Shown in pieces: positions 13,644 through 30,376 of a DNA stretch of 64,000 nt (its first letter is position 1; every line of letters begins with the position of its first letter). Location: positions 322,462,001 to 322,526,000 of the forward strand of contig OZ024740.1 in NCBI GenBank assembly GCA_964016885.1, read 5' to 3'. Under the pieces are notes generated by a model. That model had not been told where the DNA came from, made no database searches, and saw only the letters and a list, made by a program, of their open reading frames with translations. This stretch comes from Eledone cirrhosa. Taxonomy: Eukaryota. Position numbers and translations under genes: made by a program.

Positions 13644-15476
13644 CATGTTCAGCTAAATGTAACCCCACCATATAAACTGTAAACATGTTCAGCTAATGAC
13701 CCCACCCCTTCTATATAAACACCAGCCATAATCAGCTAAACACTCCCCTTCCCTCCATATAAATTGTAAACATGTTCAGCTAAACACCCTCCCCTTCCCT
13801 CCATATAAACTGTAAACATGTTCAGCTAAACACCCTCCCCTTCCCTCCATATAAACTGTAAACATGTTCAGCTAAACAGCCTCCCCTTCCCTCCATATAA
13901 ACTGTAAACATGTTCAGCTAAACACTCTCCTCTTCTTTCCATATAAACTGTAAACATGTTCAGCTAAACACCCCACCTCCATATAAATTGTAAACATGTT
14001 CAGCTAAACACTCTCCTCTTCTTTCCATATAAACTGTAAACATGTTCAGCTAAACACCCCACCTCCATATAAATTGTAAACATGTTCAGCTAAACACTCC
14101 CCTTTCCATATAAACTGTAAACATGTTCAGCTAAACACTCTCCCCTTTCCATATAAACTGTAAACATGTTCAGCTAAACACCCCACCTCCATATAAATTG
14201 TAAACATGTTCAGCTAAACACTCTCCCCTTTCCATATAAACTGTAAACATGTTCAGCTAAACACTCTCCCCTTTCCATATAAACTGTAAACATGTTCAGC
14301 TAAACACCCCCACCTCCATATAAATTGTAAACATGTTCAGCTAAACACCCTCCCCTTCCCTCCATATAAACTGTAAACATGTTCAGCTAAACAGCCTCCC
14401 CTTCCCTCCATATAAACTGTAAACATGTTCAGCTAAACACTCTCCTCTTCTTTCCATATAAACTGTAAACATGTTCAGCTAAACACCCCACCTCCATATA
14501 AATTGTAAACATGTTCAGCTAAACACTCTCCCCTTTCCTCCATATACACTGTAAACATGTTCAGCTAAACACTCCCCTTCCCTCCATATAAACTGTAAAC
14601 ATGTTCAGCTAAACAGCCTCCCCTTCCCTCCATATAAACTGTAAACATGTTCAGCTAAACACTCTCCTCTTCTTTCCATATAAACTGTAAACATGTTCAG
14701 CTAAACACCCCACCTCCATATAAATTGTAAACATGTTCAGCTAAACACTCCCCTTTCCTCCATATACACTGTAAACATGTTCAGCTAAACACTCCCCTTC
14801 CCTCCATATAAATTGTAAACATGTTCAGCTAAACACTCTCCCCTTCTTTCCATATAAACTGTAAACATGTTCAGCTAAACACCCCCACCTCCATATAAAC
14901 TGTAAACATGTTCAGCTAAACACTCTCCCCTTCCCTCCATATAAATTGTAAACATGTTCAGCTAAACACTCTCCCCTTCTTTCCATATAAACTGTAAACA
15001 TGTTCAGCTAAACACTCTCCTCTTCCCTCCATATAAATTGTAAACATGTTCAGCTAAACACTCTCCCCTTTCCATATAAACTGTAAACATGTTCAGCTAA
15101 ACACTCTCCCCTTTCCATATAAACTGTAAACATGTTCAGCTAAACACTCTCCCCTTTCCATATAAACTGTAAACATGTTCAGCTAAACACTCTCCCCTTT
15201 CCATATAAACTGTAAACATGTTCAGCTAAACACCCCCACCTCCATATAAACTGTAGACATGTTCAGCTAAACACTCTCCCCTTGCCTCCATATAAACTGT
15301 AAACATGTTCAGCTAAACACTTCCCCTTCTTTCCATATAAATTGTAAACATGTTCAGCTAAACAACTCCCCACCCCCTCCATATAAAATCCTCTAAACAT
15401 ATTCAACTAATGACCCCCCCCCCCCATTTAAAATATAAACATGTTCAGCTAATGACCCCCACCCCCTCCATATAAA
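13644..15476. repeat. Minisatellite of ~40 units (40-46 bp): constant core plus variable C/T linker
   Basis: Core TCCATATAAA(C/T)TGTAAACATGTTCAGCTAAACA; linkers such as CCCTCCCCTTCCC, CTCTCCTCTTCTT, CCCCACC; degenerate units at both ends. Confidence 0.97.
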
Positions 15477-15592
15477 CACTATGCTCACCCCCACACACCT
15501 TTCTGCTATGTCATCTCTGCCCTCCCGCTCCAATCTACACTACACACACCCTCTCTTCCATGCTCAGTGACAACAGTTTCTCTTATATACAA

Positions 15593-15626
<34 letters not shown>

Positions 15627-15922
15627 TTATGCTATTTTCCACCTTAATATACAACTACGTGCATGTGTGTTTGTATATGTACACATATATATATATATGC
15701 ATGTGTATATATATATATATATATATATATGCATGTGTATATATATATATGCATGTGTATGTATGTATGTATATATATATATATATATATATGGATGTGT
15801 ATGTATGTATGTATGTATATATATATATACTGAGTGTGGGTTTGTATATATGTATGTATGCAGGAATGTGTGACTACAGAAACACACACACAAACACTTA
15901 CACATGCTGTCACACACGCACG

Positions 15923-15994
<72 letters not shown>

Positions 15995-16524
15995 TTCACA
16001 GAAGACCCTAAGTAATCTCTTTACCACTGAACACTCTACATCATATCTATCATATCTATCTCTATATATATATATGTGTGTGTGTGTGTATATATATATA
16101 ATGGTTGTATATAGATATGTATGTGTGTGTGTGTGTGTGTATATAGATGTGTATGTATATATATTTCTGTGTTTACATATATAGGTGGTATGGGTATGTT
16201 GATATGCATGTATATATATTATATATATATCTCTCTATTTTCTTCTATACCCCATCAGTCTAAGTACCACTCCAAAGTCTCTCAATGTAGAAAATGTTTG
16301 AATATTTGCAACACCTGTTTCTTTAGCATATAGTAATGATGATGATGATAATGATAATAATAATAATGATAATAATAATAATGATAATAATAATGAGGAT
16401 AATGATGACAATAATGATTGTTTTATTGATAATGATGTTGATGATGATGATGATTCAATGACAATACAATAGTAAAAAAAAAATTAGAATAAAAATCAAT
16501 AAACAATACACACACATACATATA

Positions 16525-16580
<56 letters not shown>

Positions 16581-16686
16581 TATAGATATGTGTTTATATA
16601 TATATATATGTATGTATGTAGATATTTATGTATATATATGTATGTATGTAGATATTTATGTATATATATGTATGTATGTAGATATT

Positions 16687-16727
<41 letters not shown>

Positions 16728-18306
16728 AAATATATGTATATGTGTGTATGGATAGTGGTTAAAATATCCAAGGATGTGGAGAAAATCTGATCTGTGAGAA
16801 TATTTGCAATGCGTATTTTATTTTATTTATCCATGAAATAGGCATTTATTACAAGTTTAATTATTTTGAGATAATTATGTGTGTGTGTGTGTGTGTGTGT
16901 GTGCATATATATATGTATGTATATATAATAATAATGAAATTATTGTGTAAAGTGCTCAGGTGCACTACAACTCGTTAAAAGTGCATGTATAGTACATAGA
17001 ATAATATACAAATGTCAGGGAATATATATGCATTAGGAAGGGCATCTAGCCATAGAAACCAAGTGAATATACAGATCCGTATGAGCGAGATGTGGTTACT
17101 TGACCTGACTTCTCTCATAATGTGATAACTCATCTAACCCATGCAAGCGTGGAAAAATAGGTGTTAAACAGTGATGATGAGTCACCCACACAGACATATA
17201 TATGTATATAAATACACATGCACAGTTAGTATTGATGGTCGCAAGAATGAGTATTCAATACGATAGTAGAGATTAATATTTTCGTTATTAAGGCCAAGTC
17301 AGTCCTGTTACTCTGGAGTTTCGCCTATGTATTCACAAGGTCATCAGACAAGACTCTAAACACACACGCACATATAGAGTGACCCATATATACACGCGTA
17401 CATATATATATATATAGACCCATATATATATATATACATACATTACCCATAATTGCTAGCTAGCTGTGATTCAATCATTGCTGCTTTACTGTTTCATTAA
17501 TATTTTAATTAATTAATTATTAATTCTGTTGTCCTAATTGCTTTCCTCTTCTGTCTTTGCCCAAACTTCTTGTTTCTGTGATGTCATTGTTTTTTTTTGT
17601 TTTTTTTTAAATATACCCCCCCCCCCCCATCCTTTCTCTCATGTTGATAATTTTTAATTGGACATTTAATTAAACAACAAAAACATTTTAAAACGAAAAA
17701 AAAAACAAACAAAAAATTACCTGCTCTAGCTTAATTGTTACTATTGTGAGTGAAGAGGAGGAAGTGGAGGAAGAGGATGTTTTTAAGTTATGGGATCAAG
17801 TATACAGTTGTCTTATAAACTGTACACTTTATCTGTTGTTTTTTCTTCTTGTTGATGATGATGATGATGATGATGATGACGATGATGATGATGACTATCT
17901 TAAAAAAAAAACACATGTCCGTACTATTTTGTCTGAATTTCTGAGATGAGGAATTATCCTTATAATTATTATTAATATTATTATAATAAGCGGATATATT
18001 CACACCAATGTCCTCCTTTTAGTTGGTTCTAATAATCACAACCTTTCATCTTTTATGCCCTTTAACTATTTTCAAGTGTCTGTTGAATTTGGTAAATTCC
18101 CAGGATTTTCAAAATGTACTCTTTATTCAAACCACACAGGTAGATTGTTCTTATTCTGTTGTTCATATCCAGAGTATCTTTGGGTTAATTAGTAACATAT
18201 GCCAGATGCTTTTTCTGCTTAAACTAGAGTATATATAGTGTACTTGGCTATTTGCTGGTTTAAGTTCAATCCTCGAGTTAGTGTATCTAGATATACTTTA
18301 GTTTAA

Positions 18307-18534
18307 CCCTTTAGCATTTACATTACTCTATATTTACTATTATATTTCCACAGTAAACACTTTATTTCACATAAGTATCTCACATAAGTATCTCACATAA
18401 TATTGAATCTACGAGATTTTGATATTATTTATTTTGAGAACAATTCCTTAGTATGAGCAACCAGTTACAGCCGGTTTGAACAGAAAAAGGTAAGAGAATT
18501 CTGGCCGGATATGGCCAGTTTAAATGCTAAAGGG
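18307..18534. mobile_element. piggyBac-type TTAA MITE, family 1
   Basis: TTAA TSD on both sides; perfect 14-bp TIR CCCTTTAGCATTTA. Confidence 0.9.
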
Positions 18535-19349
18535 TTAAGTGGAACAAGCAATAAACATCACTAGTAATTAATTAATACAAGAATACCCCAGACAATGGAA
18601 TAAAAACAATCTATCCTTATGGTTTAAAATTCCTAGGCCATTACCAAATAACAACAGACGTGTGAAGCTGGCCAGAGGGCACAATAGCTGAAATTTTGTG
18701 ACTACAACCACCAAAATGATGACACTAGTCTGAATATATTAGTTTATAGTAATGTCTGTATCATTTGCAGAAACCTTTCTCAGTGAGTGTGTGTGTTTAT
18801 GACTGGTTGTGTGTGTCTGATGTGTATGTGTGTGTATATGTTTGTGTTGCTAGTAGATGCAAGTAGAATTGATGGATAATGGCGAGAGAGAGAGAGAGAG
18901 AGACAGAATATTCTAATATTTTAGGAACAAAACTAAATAAAAATAAACAAGAAATAAAAAAAAAAGAGCTAAATATAAACAAATTCATTTTTTTTTTCTG
19001 TTTTCTTAAATCTTTCTTAAATCTGTTTTCTCAAACCTGCTTTCTTACATCTGTTTTCTCAAATATGATATTTTTTTCTTCCAAATCTGTTTTCTCAAAT
19101 GTTTTCTTAAATATCTGTTTTTCTTAAATCTGTTTTTCCCTTAAATATCTGTTTTTTCTCAAATATGTTTTTTTTCCTTAAATCTGCAGCTAATAAAGTT
19201 GTTTTGACATCTCCACTTTCTTCATTATTTTCTCTGGTTTGATTTATTTCATTTTACATATATACATGTATGTATGTATAGATATATACAGATATATATA
19301 TGCTTACATAGAGATGTACATACAAGGATGTTTGTATATAAAGAGATAT

Positions 19350-19741
<392 letters not shown>

Positions 19742-20329
19742 TAAATATAGATGTCCCTATGTATTGTTCCAGCTGCTGTTCATTCAAATTGTTGTGCAGC
19801 CTGGAAGTAATAATATGATAGCTCCCTTATGCATGAAATTCTATTTTTCAACATGTGGCTGATGAGGAAAATAGATACTTTTGTTTGTTCTTCGTATCTA
19901 TTTTTCTGTGTGAAACTTTGCAAACGCGTGCACACATACAAACACTCATATAAACATATATATGCATACATAGACATGGATATATGCAGACATACATATA
20001 TGTGTTACATGTAGCAAATGGAAAGAAGAATACTCAGTACTGTAGGTAGTGTAAATTATTTTTCATGTAAGGTCAGTCAAACGTGTGTGTGTATGTATAT
20101 ATATATATATATATTGTGTGTATGTATATGATAGATGTGCCACACGATCAAGCTTAAACCATTTCGTCATCGAAACAGTTTAAGCTTAATATTAGGGCAT
20201 CTATTTTCCTTAAGTATGGATTACCAATTTGAATAATCGTTTTACTTGCCTTAGTTTAGCAACATCTTATATATATATATATTTGTACCTCAGCATAGCA
20301 ACAGTCCATAAGCTGGAACAAGTAAAAGA

Positions 20330-20374
<45 letters not shown>

Positions 20375-20825
20375 TTATGTGTATACTGAATGCTGCATGG
20401 AATAAATTCTTAATTTATTGAAACTGTTCTCTTAGATAAAGAGAAACAAAAAACTTAGTTGTTGTTATTAGCAACTCTGAAGGGGAAAAGGGAGATAATT
20501 TCAATGAATCAAACATCCATCCATGGTTGAATTAACATAGTTAAAGTAATTGATAGTTGGATCGCTTTTTTTTAGGTGACAGACTGATATGCACGTGTGT
20601 TTCTTGACTTCATCAATATAGTATGATCCATCTTGCTTCTGTTTTTATATAGCACACACCATATATATATATATATATTGGTGTTGCCTGATTAACAAGT
20701 CTGATGAGCAGAGTGGGACTGGAGTCGAGTTTATATAATATATATATAGAGAGAGACACAAACTTATTGTGTGTATATGTATATCTATCTATTATCTACA
20801 TAAATATATATATATATAATTATTA

Positions 20826-21250
20826 GGTAGGTTGGCAGAATTGTAAGAGCATTGAACCAAATTCTTGTATTTGTTCTTGTTCTTTATGTTCAGAGTCCAA
20901 ATACTGCTGAGGTCAATTTTGCCTTTCATTTTTCTCGAGTCAATAAATAAAGTACTAGTTAGGCACTGGAGTCTGTGTGATTGACTGAGCTCTTTCCCCC
21001 AGATTGCTGGCCTTCTACCTGAATTAGAAACCATTATTATTAGGACTGTCTTTTCTCGTGTTTTGATTGGCAGTATCAGTAGAGGGTTGGACGCCATGCT
21101 TTCTAGCATAGTTACGTCCCTTTACGATCTGAGTTCAAATCCTGCCGAGGTTGACTTTGCCTTTCATCCTTATGGGGTCGATAAAATAAAGTACCAGTAA
21201 TGCACTGGGTAATTGCTGGCCTTGTGCCTAACGTAGAAACAATTATTGCT
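20826..21250 (+). mobile_element. Two family A SINEs in tandem
   Basis: Same head, body and tail as 8308-9110. Confidence 0.8.
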
Positions 21251-21764
21251 AGGACTGTCTTTTCTCGTGTTTTGTCATTTAAACTTCAATGTTAATACAG
21301 AAACCAACCCTACTGATGTTCTTATTTTTGTAGTTGGTGACTATTGGTAGTGGTATTTTCTTGACAAACTTACATTAAATCAGGGTTTCAACTTCTACAT
21401 TGGGACTGCTTCCCTTACATCTCCTTAATATCTTTGGGAAAGGCAGGAATACCACATCTCATCTCTTCCCTTCCTTCTTCCAAACATATCTAGTAAACCA
21501 TTATCATCATCATCTGTCTCATTATTATTATTATTATTATTGTACAGTGACTGAATAGATGAAATGCAAAACACTTCTCTTTAGCCATCCACACACACAT
21601 TCAACTATTATTATAGTTAACTGCATTGTGGTGAATATATTTTCAAATTTCAAATTTCCCAATGCTTTGTATGTCAAACAACCATGTTTACACGTTGCAG
21701 ACAGATGATTTTGACATCAAGAAATATATGTAAAATTAACTTCTTGTGTGTTTTAGAATAGCTA

Positions 21765-22180
21765 AAATAACTCTTCCATGATGAAATTGCTTTAGTTTCA
21801 ACATGGAAGATTAAGTCATTTGCCGGACATGTACAACTGTGGCTAAAACGACTTTTAAACGATATAATTGTTTTAGTTTCAACTCAGTTTCTAATCAAGT
21901 CATTTGACAGACATGTACAACTGTGGCTCAAATGACTCTTCCATGATGTAATTGCTTTAGTTTCAACACACAGCCTCAGAACAAGTCATTTGTCAGGCAT
22001 GTACAACTGTGGTTAAAAATGACTCTTCCATGTTGTAATTGCTTTAGTTTCAACTTGGTCTCAGATAAAGTCACTTGCTAGACATATACATCTGTCGCAA
22101 AAATGACTCTTCCATGATGTAATTGCTTTAGTTTCAACACACAGCCTCAGATCAAGTCATTTGCCAGATATGTACAACTC
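21765..22180. repeat. Diverged 5 x ~84-bp tandem repeat
   Basis: Recurring GACTCTTCCATGATGTAATTGCTTTAGTTTCAAC ... AAGTCATTTG ... CATGTACAACTGTGG. Confidence 0.88.
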
Positions 22181-22289
22181 CAATATATGAAAAGATTTTG
22201 TTTCACTGTACGTCCATTTTTCATCATTTGGCAAAATACACTCAGGCCTCATAACCATTTAAGATAACATTGTTATTATTATTATTAGT

Positions 22290-22725
22290 ATGGCTGATTG
22301 GCAGAATTGTTAGAGCACTGATGCTTCACAGTATTTGTTCTGGGTTCAAATCCCACTAAGGTCAACTTTGCCTTTCATCCTTGATAAAATAAGTACCACT
22401 GAAGTACTGAGATTGATTTAATCAACTTCCTTTTCCCCAAAAAATTGTTGGCCTTGTGCCTAAATAGTAATAATTATTACTACTATTATTATTATTAGAG
22501 TGGTGGATTTGGCAGTATTGGTAGAGTGTCGGATAACATACTTTGCAGCATTGAGTTATGGCCCTTTACGTTCTGAGTTCAAATCCCACCGAGGTTAACA
22601 TTGACATTCATCCTTGCGGGGTTGATAAAATAAAGCACCAATAATGGACTGGGGTTGATTTAATTGACTTTCCCCTACCCCTCAAATTGCTGGCCTTGTG
22701 CCAAATCTAGAAGCAATTATTATTA
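22290..22725 (+). mobile_element. Two family A SINEs in tandem
   Basis: Same motifs, separated by (ATT)n. Confidence 0.8.
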
Positions 22726-22889
22726 TTGCCAGTCTTCCTACTTATAGTTTACCTTCAGTTATATTAGTGAGATCATTTTAATTCCCTCCTGTCTTTGTTC
22801 TGTTATATATGTATATATAGATATATCCAATTCCTACATCCTTACCATTCCCTCCTAACTTCTATCTATTACAACGTTGTCTTATGTGT

Positions 22890-22920
<31 letters not shown>

Positions 22921-23240
22921 GACCCCAGATCCTGTGATCCCTCTTACATTTGTCTTATATATATTTACATAACAATATTACACAACATTGTCAGCTACTG
23001 TCTGGTTTCATATTTGAACAGATCCTTTTATTTGAGACATGTATTTACATCTGTTTTATATTCCTCAGGCCTTTATGTTTACAATGTTTGATCCATTATA
23101 CGTACATGTGTGTATGTATATATGTACATGCATATATATATATATATATATATATACATACATACACATATGTACAGCCCACAAATCCTACTGTTCCCTC
23201 CTACCTTTGTCCTATCTCAACTACAGTGTTATCTTATGTA

Positions 23241-23283
<43 letters not shown>

Positions 23284-23822
23284 TCCTGTTACCAAACAAC
23301 ACTACATCTTATACTTTTAAAAAAAAAAACATTGTTTCCCATCTGAAAACAAAAGCACGTCTCTCTCTCTCTCTCTCACTATATATATATATATATATAA
23401 TCTTCTGACCAACAAAAACAACAAATTTACAAAACATTTACTATGCCTCCCTCCATCTTAACTCCCTGCTCTCTCTTCTTCTGATCAACAAATTTACACA
23501 ACATTTACTCCACCCCACCCACAAACCCATCTCCCTCTCTCCCCATGATTTTATCATAATTGATCTTTGCGCAAATACGTTTAACTTTTTATACTAAATA
23601 ACTTACAAAAAGATAAAAAAATTATAAAAAATATAATTCTACCAAAATAAAAATTATACTAACAGTCTTTTTTTTTTTTTTTAATGATTCATTTATTTTT
23701 CATTTAAAAATCATAAAAATTTAATAAAATTGAACAAAAATAAAAAAATATATATATATCCCTACAAAGTTATCTTTCTTTTACTTTTTTTTTTCTAATT
23801 GTCATTTTTGTTATTATTTTTA

Positions 23823-24050
23823 AGGGTGATATATTGGCAGAATCATTAGAGCTCTTGACAAAATACTTTATATGGCTAGAGCTCTTTAGTTTCTGAGTTA
23901 AAATACTGCAAAGGTCAACTTTGCCTTGCATCCCTTCAGAGTTGATAAAAAAAAGTACCAGTCACGCACTGGGGTCGATATAATCGATTTTCTCCTACCC
24001 CCAAATTGCTGGCTTTGTGCCAGTGTAAAAAAAGAATTATTATTATTATT
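23823..24050 (+). mobile_element. Family A SINE
   Basis: Same motifs, (ATT)n tail. Confidence 0.75.
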
Positions 24051-24988
24051 ACTACTGTTTTTTTCTGATATTTCACGCTTTGTATATATGTATATATATA
24101 TATATATATATAATTATATAAAATATAAATATTGGGAGGAAAAGGTGTAGAAAACAAATATATCTGTCTCAATTTGTAAATGCGTGTAAAATGATGTGAT
24201 TTTAATTGTTTGATTAATTACTGGTATGGTGGTGTTTACATACACAGACATTAAAATAGAGCTAAATTGTGTTTGCACGAGTATATATGAAATATATATA
24301 TATATTATATATATTAAACATCTATATGGACTACGTATATGTTAGTATATTAATATAATATATATGTATATGTGAGTATATTGTATAAATATATTTTTAT
24401 ATCTATATGTGTGTGTGTATATATATATATATATATAATACTTTTATAGGAAGCTATTTCAATGCAAATAATAGCAATAAAGCTATTGAAATGTTACTGT
24501 AGAAATATATATAATTGATCCTGATATATTATGGTTAAAATAACTTTTTTCAAAGGTTTTAAGAAAACAGGAGAGATTTGTATGTCAATTACAGTAACGT
24601 ACTGAATTACCTTACATCACAATTCAGTATGTTACTGTAAAAAATGTACAAAAATCACTTATATATCCTGCCCTCTTAATACATTTGAAAAGGGATATTT
24701 TAATCCCAAATATATAAGGACAAAATAAATATCTCAGGTAACATTTCAATATCGTTGTTGTTAATATTATTGATATTTAATGTTTTATCTACATTGCTAT
24801 AGCCTTCTGTAAAAAAAAACAAAAAAAACTCCAATCTACATATTCCAAACTGCTTCAGGCAAATTATCACACCCTTCCATGTATATGCATATATATATAT
24901 ATATATGTATATGCAGACATATACATACATTTATATATATATATATACACACACATACACATATATATACACACACATATATATATGC

Positions 24989-25020
<32 letters not shown>

Positions 25021-25723
25021 TTCATGTGAGAATCCAATGGAAATTTCTATAAAAAAAGAAAAATGAACATTGAAAATATAAATACTCTGTGCTTCTTTTA
25101 TATAAACCCCAACTAAAATGTAATACTAATGTTGATGATGTTCTTAATGATGTTGATGTTTTCTGTTTAGTTTCTCACCTTTTCATCATTTTCTTCTCCA
25201 ACCTTTGCCTCATTGCCAATAATGGTTTAATGTTTATTGTTTTTTTTTCTTTGTGTTTCAAAGAATTTGAAAATTCTTTTATAGGTCTTTTCACTTTACT
25301 AAATTTTTTTACTAAACTTGTGCTAATTGTTTTGGCAGGAACAGGAGTTGGGTTGACAGAATTGGTTCGGTAAAGTGTTAAATGAACAAAATGGGCCCTC
25401 TGGTATTTCATTGTAAATCTTTATGTTCCAAGTTCCAGTCTTGCCAGAAGTTGCTTTGGCTGCAACGGGAGTTGGGTTGAAAGAATTAGTTTGGTTGAGC
25501 ATAAAATAAAATAGGCCCTGTAGCATTTTTTTATGGACCTTTACATTCTGAGGTCCAGTCCTGCCAGAGGTTGCTTTTGCTCTTTATCTTTGCAAGTTAG
25601 CTCTATTAAACTAAGTACCAGTTGTGTACTGGGGCCAGTTGGTTTAATCGCCTCTGTAGCATTCCCTCTTGTCTAAAAAAATCATATCTAATACACACAC
25701 ACACACATATATATATATATCTG

Positions 25724-25763
<40 letters not shown>

Positions 25764-25868
25764 CACATATATATATATACATATATATATACATAGATAT
25801 ATATATATATACATAGATATATATATATATACATAGATATATATATATATAGATATATATATACATAG

Positions 25869-25899
<31 letters not shown>

Positions 25900-25920
25900 G
25901 ATATATATATATATACATAG

Positions 25921-25955
<35 letters not shown>

Positions 25956-26056
25956 CATAGATATATATATATATACATAGATATATATATATATACATAG
26001 ATATATATATATATACATAGATATATATATATATACATAGATATATATATACATAG

Positions 26057-26087
<31 letters not shown>

Positions 26088-26222
26088 GATATATATATAC
26101 ATAGATATATATATACATAGATATATATATATATATATACATAGATATATATATACATATACATATATATACATATATATATATATATACATAGATATAT
26201 ATATACATATACATATATATAC

Positions 26223-26263
<41 letters not shown>

Positions 26264-26351
26264 GATATATTTATATACATATATATACATATATATATAT
26301 ATATAAATATATATATAGATATATTTATATATATATATATATAGATATATT

Positions 26352-26383
<32 letters not shown>

Positions 26384-26910
26384 GATATACATATATATAT
26401 ATATAGATATACATATATATATATATAGATATACATAGATATATATAGATATATATATATAGATATACATATATATATATAGATATAGATATACATATAT
26501 ATATATAGATATATATATATAGATATACATATATATATATAGATATATAGATATAGATATATATATATAGATATATAGATATACATATATATATATATAG
26601 ATATACATATATAGATATACATATATACATATATATATATAGATATAGATATACATATATATATATAGATATATATAGATACACATATATAGATATAGAT
26701 ATAGATATACATATATATATATAGATATACATATATATATATAGATATATATATATATGTATATATATAGATATATATAGATATATATACATATATAGAT
26801 ATATATACATATATAGATATATATAGATATATATACATATATAGATATATATACATATATAGATATATATACATATATAGATATATAGATATATATATAT
26901 ATATACATAT

Positions 26911-27527
26911 ATCATCATCACCGTTTTACGTCCGTTCTTCCACGCTAGCATGGGTTAGACGGGTTGTCCTGTTGTGGGCAGTGTCTGGTCGGCTGACCAT
27001 GCCTTGCTCATACAGGAACTGATCTGGCTTGATTTCTACAGCTGGATGCCCTTCCTAACACCAACCTCATTTACAGCGAGTGCTGGGTGCTTTTTCGTGG
27101 CGCCTACACGTCCACTTTACAGTGTGGGCTGGGTGCTTTTTTGCCGTGGCACCTCCACGACCACCTTGCATTGGGGGCATATTGTTTATATGCTTCAGCA
27201 TGTACCCATGGGAGGTCGGGTACCCTGTATTACTGCGTGACGCCAGACGTCACGGTCGTCTGTCATTGACTTTGAGAGGTGTAGTTGGGTAAGGTCGGCT
27301 TTTATCACCTCATCCCAAGTCATCTTGGGTCTCCCCACTCCGCGGTTTCCATCAACTTCTAGTGCTCTGCACCTTTTTATGCAGCTGTCATCCTTCATAC
27401 GCATCACATGTCCATACCAGCGTAACCGCCTCTCCTGCATGCAGCATTTGATTCCTCTTATGCTCAGTCTCTCTCTCAATTCCTTTATGCTTTGTCGTTC
27501 ACAGTATATTACTGTTACACATCCATC
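26911..27527 (-). mobile_element. 5'-truncated RTE LINE 3' end, same family as 54103-56447
   Basis: Near-identical reverse complement of ~55831-56447, including [13 protein letters not shown]...PPMGTC-stop, 3' UTR and (GAT)n tail. Confidence 0.95.
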
Positions 27528-27597
27528 ATATAGATATATATATATATAGATATATATATCTAGATATATATATATACATATAGATATATATATATAG

Positions 27598-27632
<35 letters not shown>

Positions 27633-27689
27633 CATATATAGATATATAGATATATATATATATATATAGATATATATATACATATATAG

Positions 27690-27722
<33 letters not shown>

Positions 27723-27820
27723 TAGATATAGATATATATATATATAGATATATATAGATATATATATATATAGATATATATATATATATATATAGATATA
27801 TATATATATATATATAGATA

Positions 27821-27860
<40 letters not shown>

Positions 27861-28124
27861 GATATAGATATATATATATAGATATATATATATATATATA
27901 CATATAGATATATATATATATATATATACATATATAGATATATATATATATATATATACATATATAGATATATATATATATATATATATACATATATAGA
28001 TATATATATATATATACATATATAGATATATATATATATATACATATATAGATATATATATATATACATATATAGATATATATATATATACATAGATATA
28101 TATATATATATACATATATAGATA

Positions 28125-28218
<94 letters not shown>

Positions 28219-28219
28219 C

Positions 28220-28264
<45 letters not shown>

Positions 28265-28273
28265 CATATATAG

Positions 28274-28310
<37 letters not shown>

Positions 28311-28385
28311 CATATATATATACATATATACATATATATATATATATACATATATATATACATATATATATATATACATATATAC

Positions 28386-28436
<51 letters not shown>

Positions 28437-28475
28437 CATATATAGATATATACATATATAGATATATATATATAC

Positions 28476-28538
<63 letters not shown>

Positions 28539-28555
28539 TATATACATATTATATA

Positions 28556-28589
<34 letters not shown>

Positions 28590-28592
28590 CAT

Positions 28593-28653
<61 letters not shown>

Positions 28654-28662
28654 AATATATAG

Positions 28663-28713
<51 letters not shown>

Positions 28714-28716
28714 TAT

Positions 28717-28767
<51 letters not shown>

Positions 28768-28788
28768 TATAGATATATACATATATAG

Positions 28789-28819
<31 letters not shown>

Positions 28820-28894
28820 AATATATAGATATATATATAGATATATATATATACATATATAGATATATATATATATATATTTATATACATATAT

Positions 28895-28964
<70 letters not shown>

Positions 28965-29501
28965 TAGATATATATATATATATATATACATATATAGATA
29001 TATATATATATATATATACATATATAGATATATAGATATATATATATACATATATAGATATATAGATATATATATATAGATATATAGATATATATATATA
29101 CATATATAGATATATAGATATATATATATACATATATAGATATATAGATATATATATATACATATATAGATATATAGATATATATATATACATATATAGA
29201 TATATAGATATATATATATACATATATAGATATATAGATATATATATATACATATATAGATATATAGATATATATATATAGATATATATAGATATATATA
29301 TATACATATATAGATATATAGATATATATATATAGATATATATAGATATATAGATATATATATAGATATATATAGATATATAGATATATATAGATATATA
29401 TATAGATATATATATATAGATATATATATATATAGATATATATATAGATATATATATATAGATATATATATAGATATATATAGATATATATATATATATA
29501 G

Positions 29502-29546
<45 letters not shown>

Positions 29547-29557
29547 CATATATATAT

Positions 29558-29634
<77 letters not shown>

Positions 29635-29663
29635 GATATATATATATATAGATATATATATAA

Positions 29664-29794
<131 letters not shown>

Positions 29795-29939
29795 CATATA
29801 TAGATATATATAGATATAGATATATATATATATATATATATACATATATAGATATATATAGATATACATAAATATATACATAGATATATATATATATATA
29901 CATATATATATACATAAATATATACATATATAGATATAG

Positions 29940-29972
<33 letters not shown>

Positions 29973-30005
29973 TATATACATAAATATATACATATATAGA
30001 TATAG

Positions 30006-30038
<33 letters not shown>

Positions 30039-30192
30039 TATATACATAAATATATACATATATAGATATAGATATATATATATATACATATATATATACA
30101 TATATAGATATAGATATATATATATAGATATATATATATATATATATACATATATATATACATATATAGATATAGATATATATATATAGATA

Positions 30193-30230
<38 letters not shown>

Positions 30231-30327
30231 GATATATATATATATATATATACATATATATATACATATATAGATATAGATATATATATATATATATAGA
30301 TATATACATATATATATACATATATAG

Positions 30328-30376
<49 letters not shown>

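Noticed and set aside
13644-15476. CRISPR array
   Set aside because: Linkers are only 7-13 nt, low-complexity and reused; no cas genes; context is a spliced animal locus. It is a minisatellite.
25175-25526. Possible minus-strand exon (K-rich ORF with AAG|GTGAG donor at 25179/25178)
   Set aside because: No recognisable homology, no convincing acceptor, contains a ~70-nt internal duplication, and no partner exons found; cannot be supported without RNA data.
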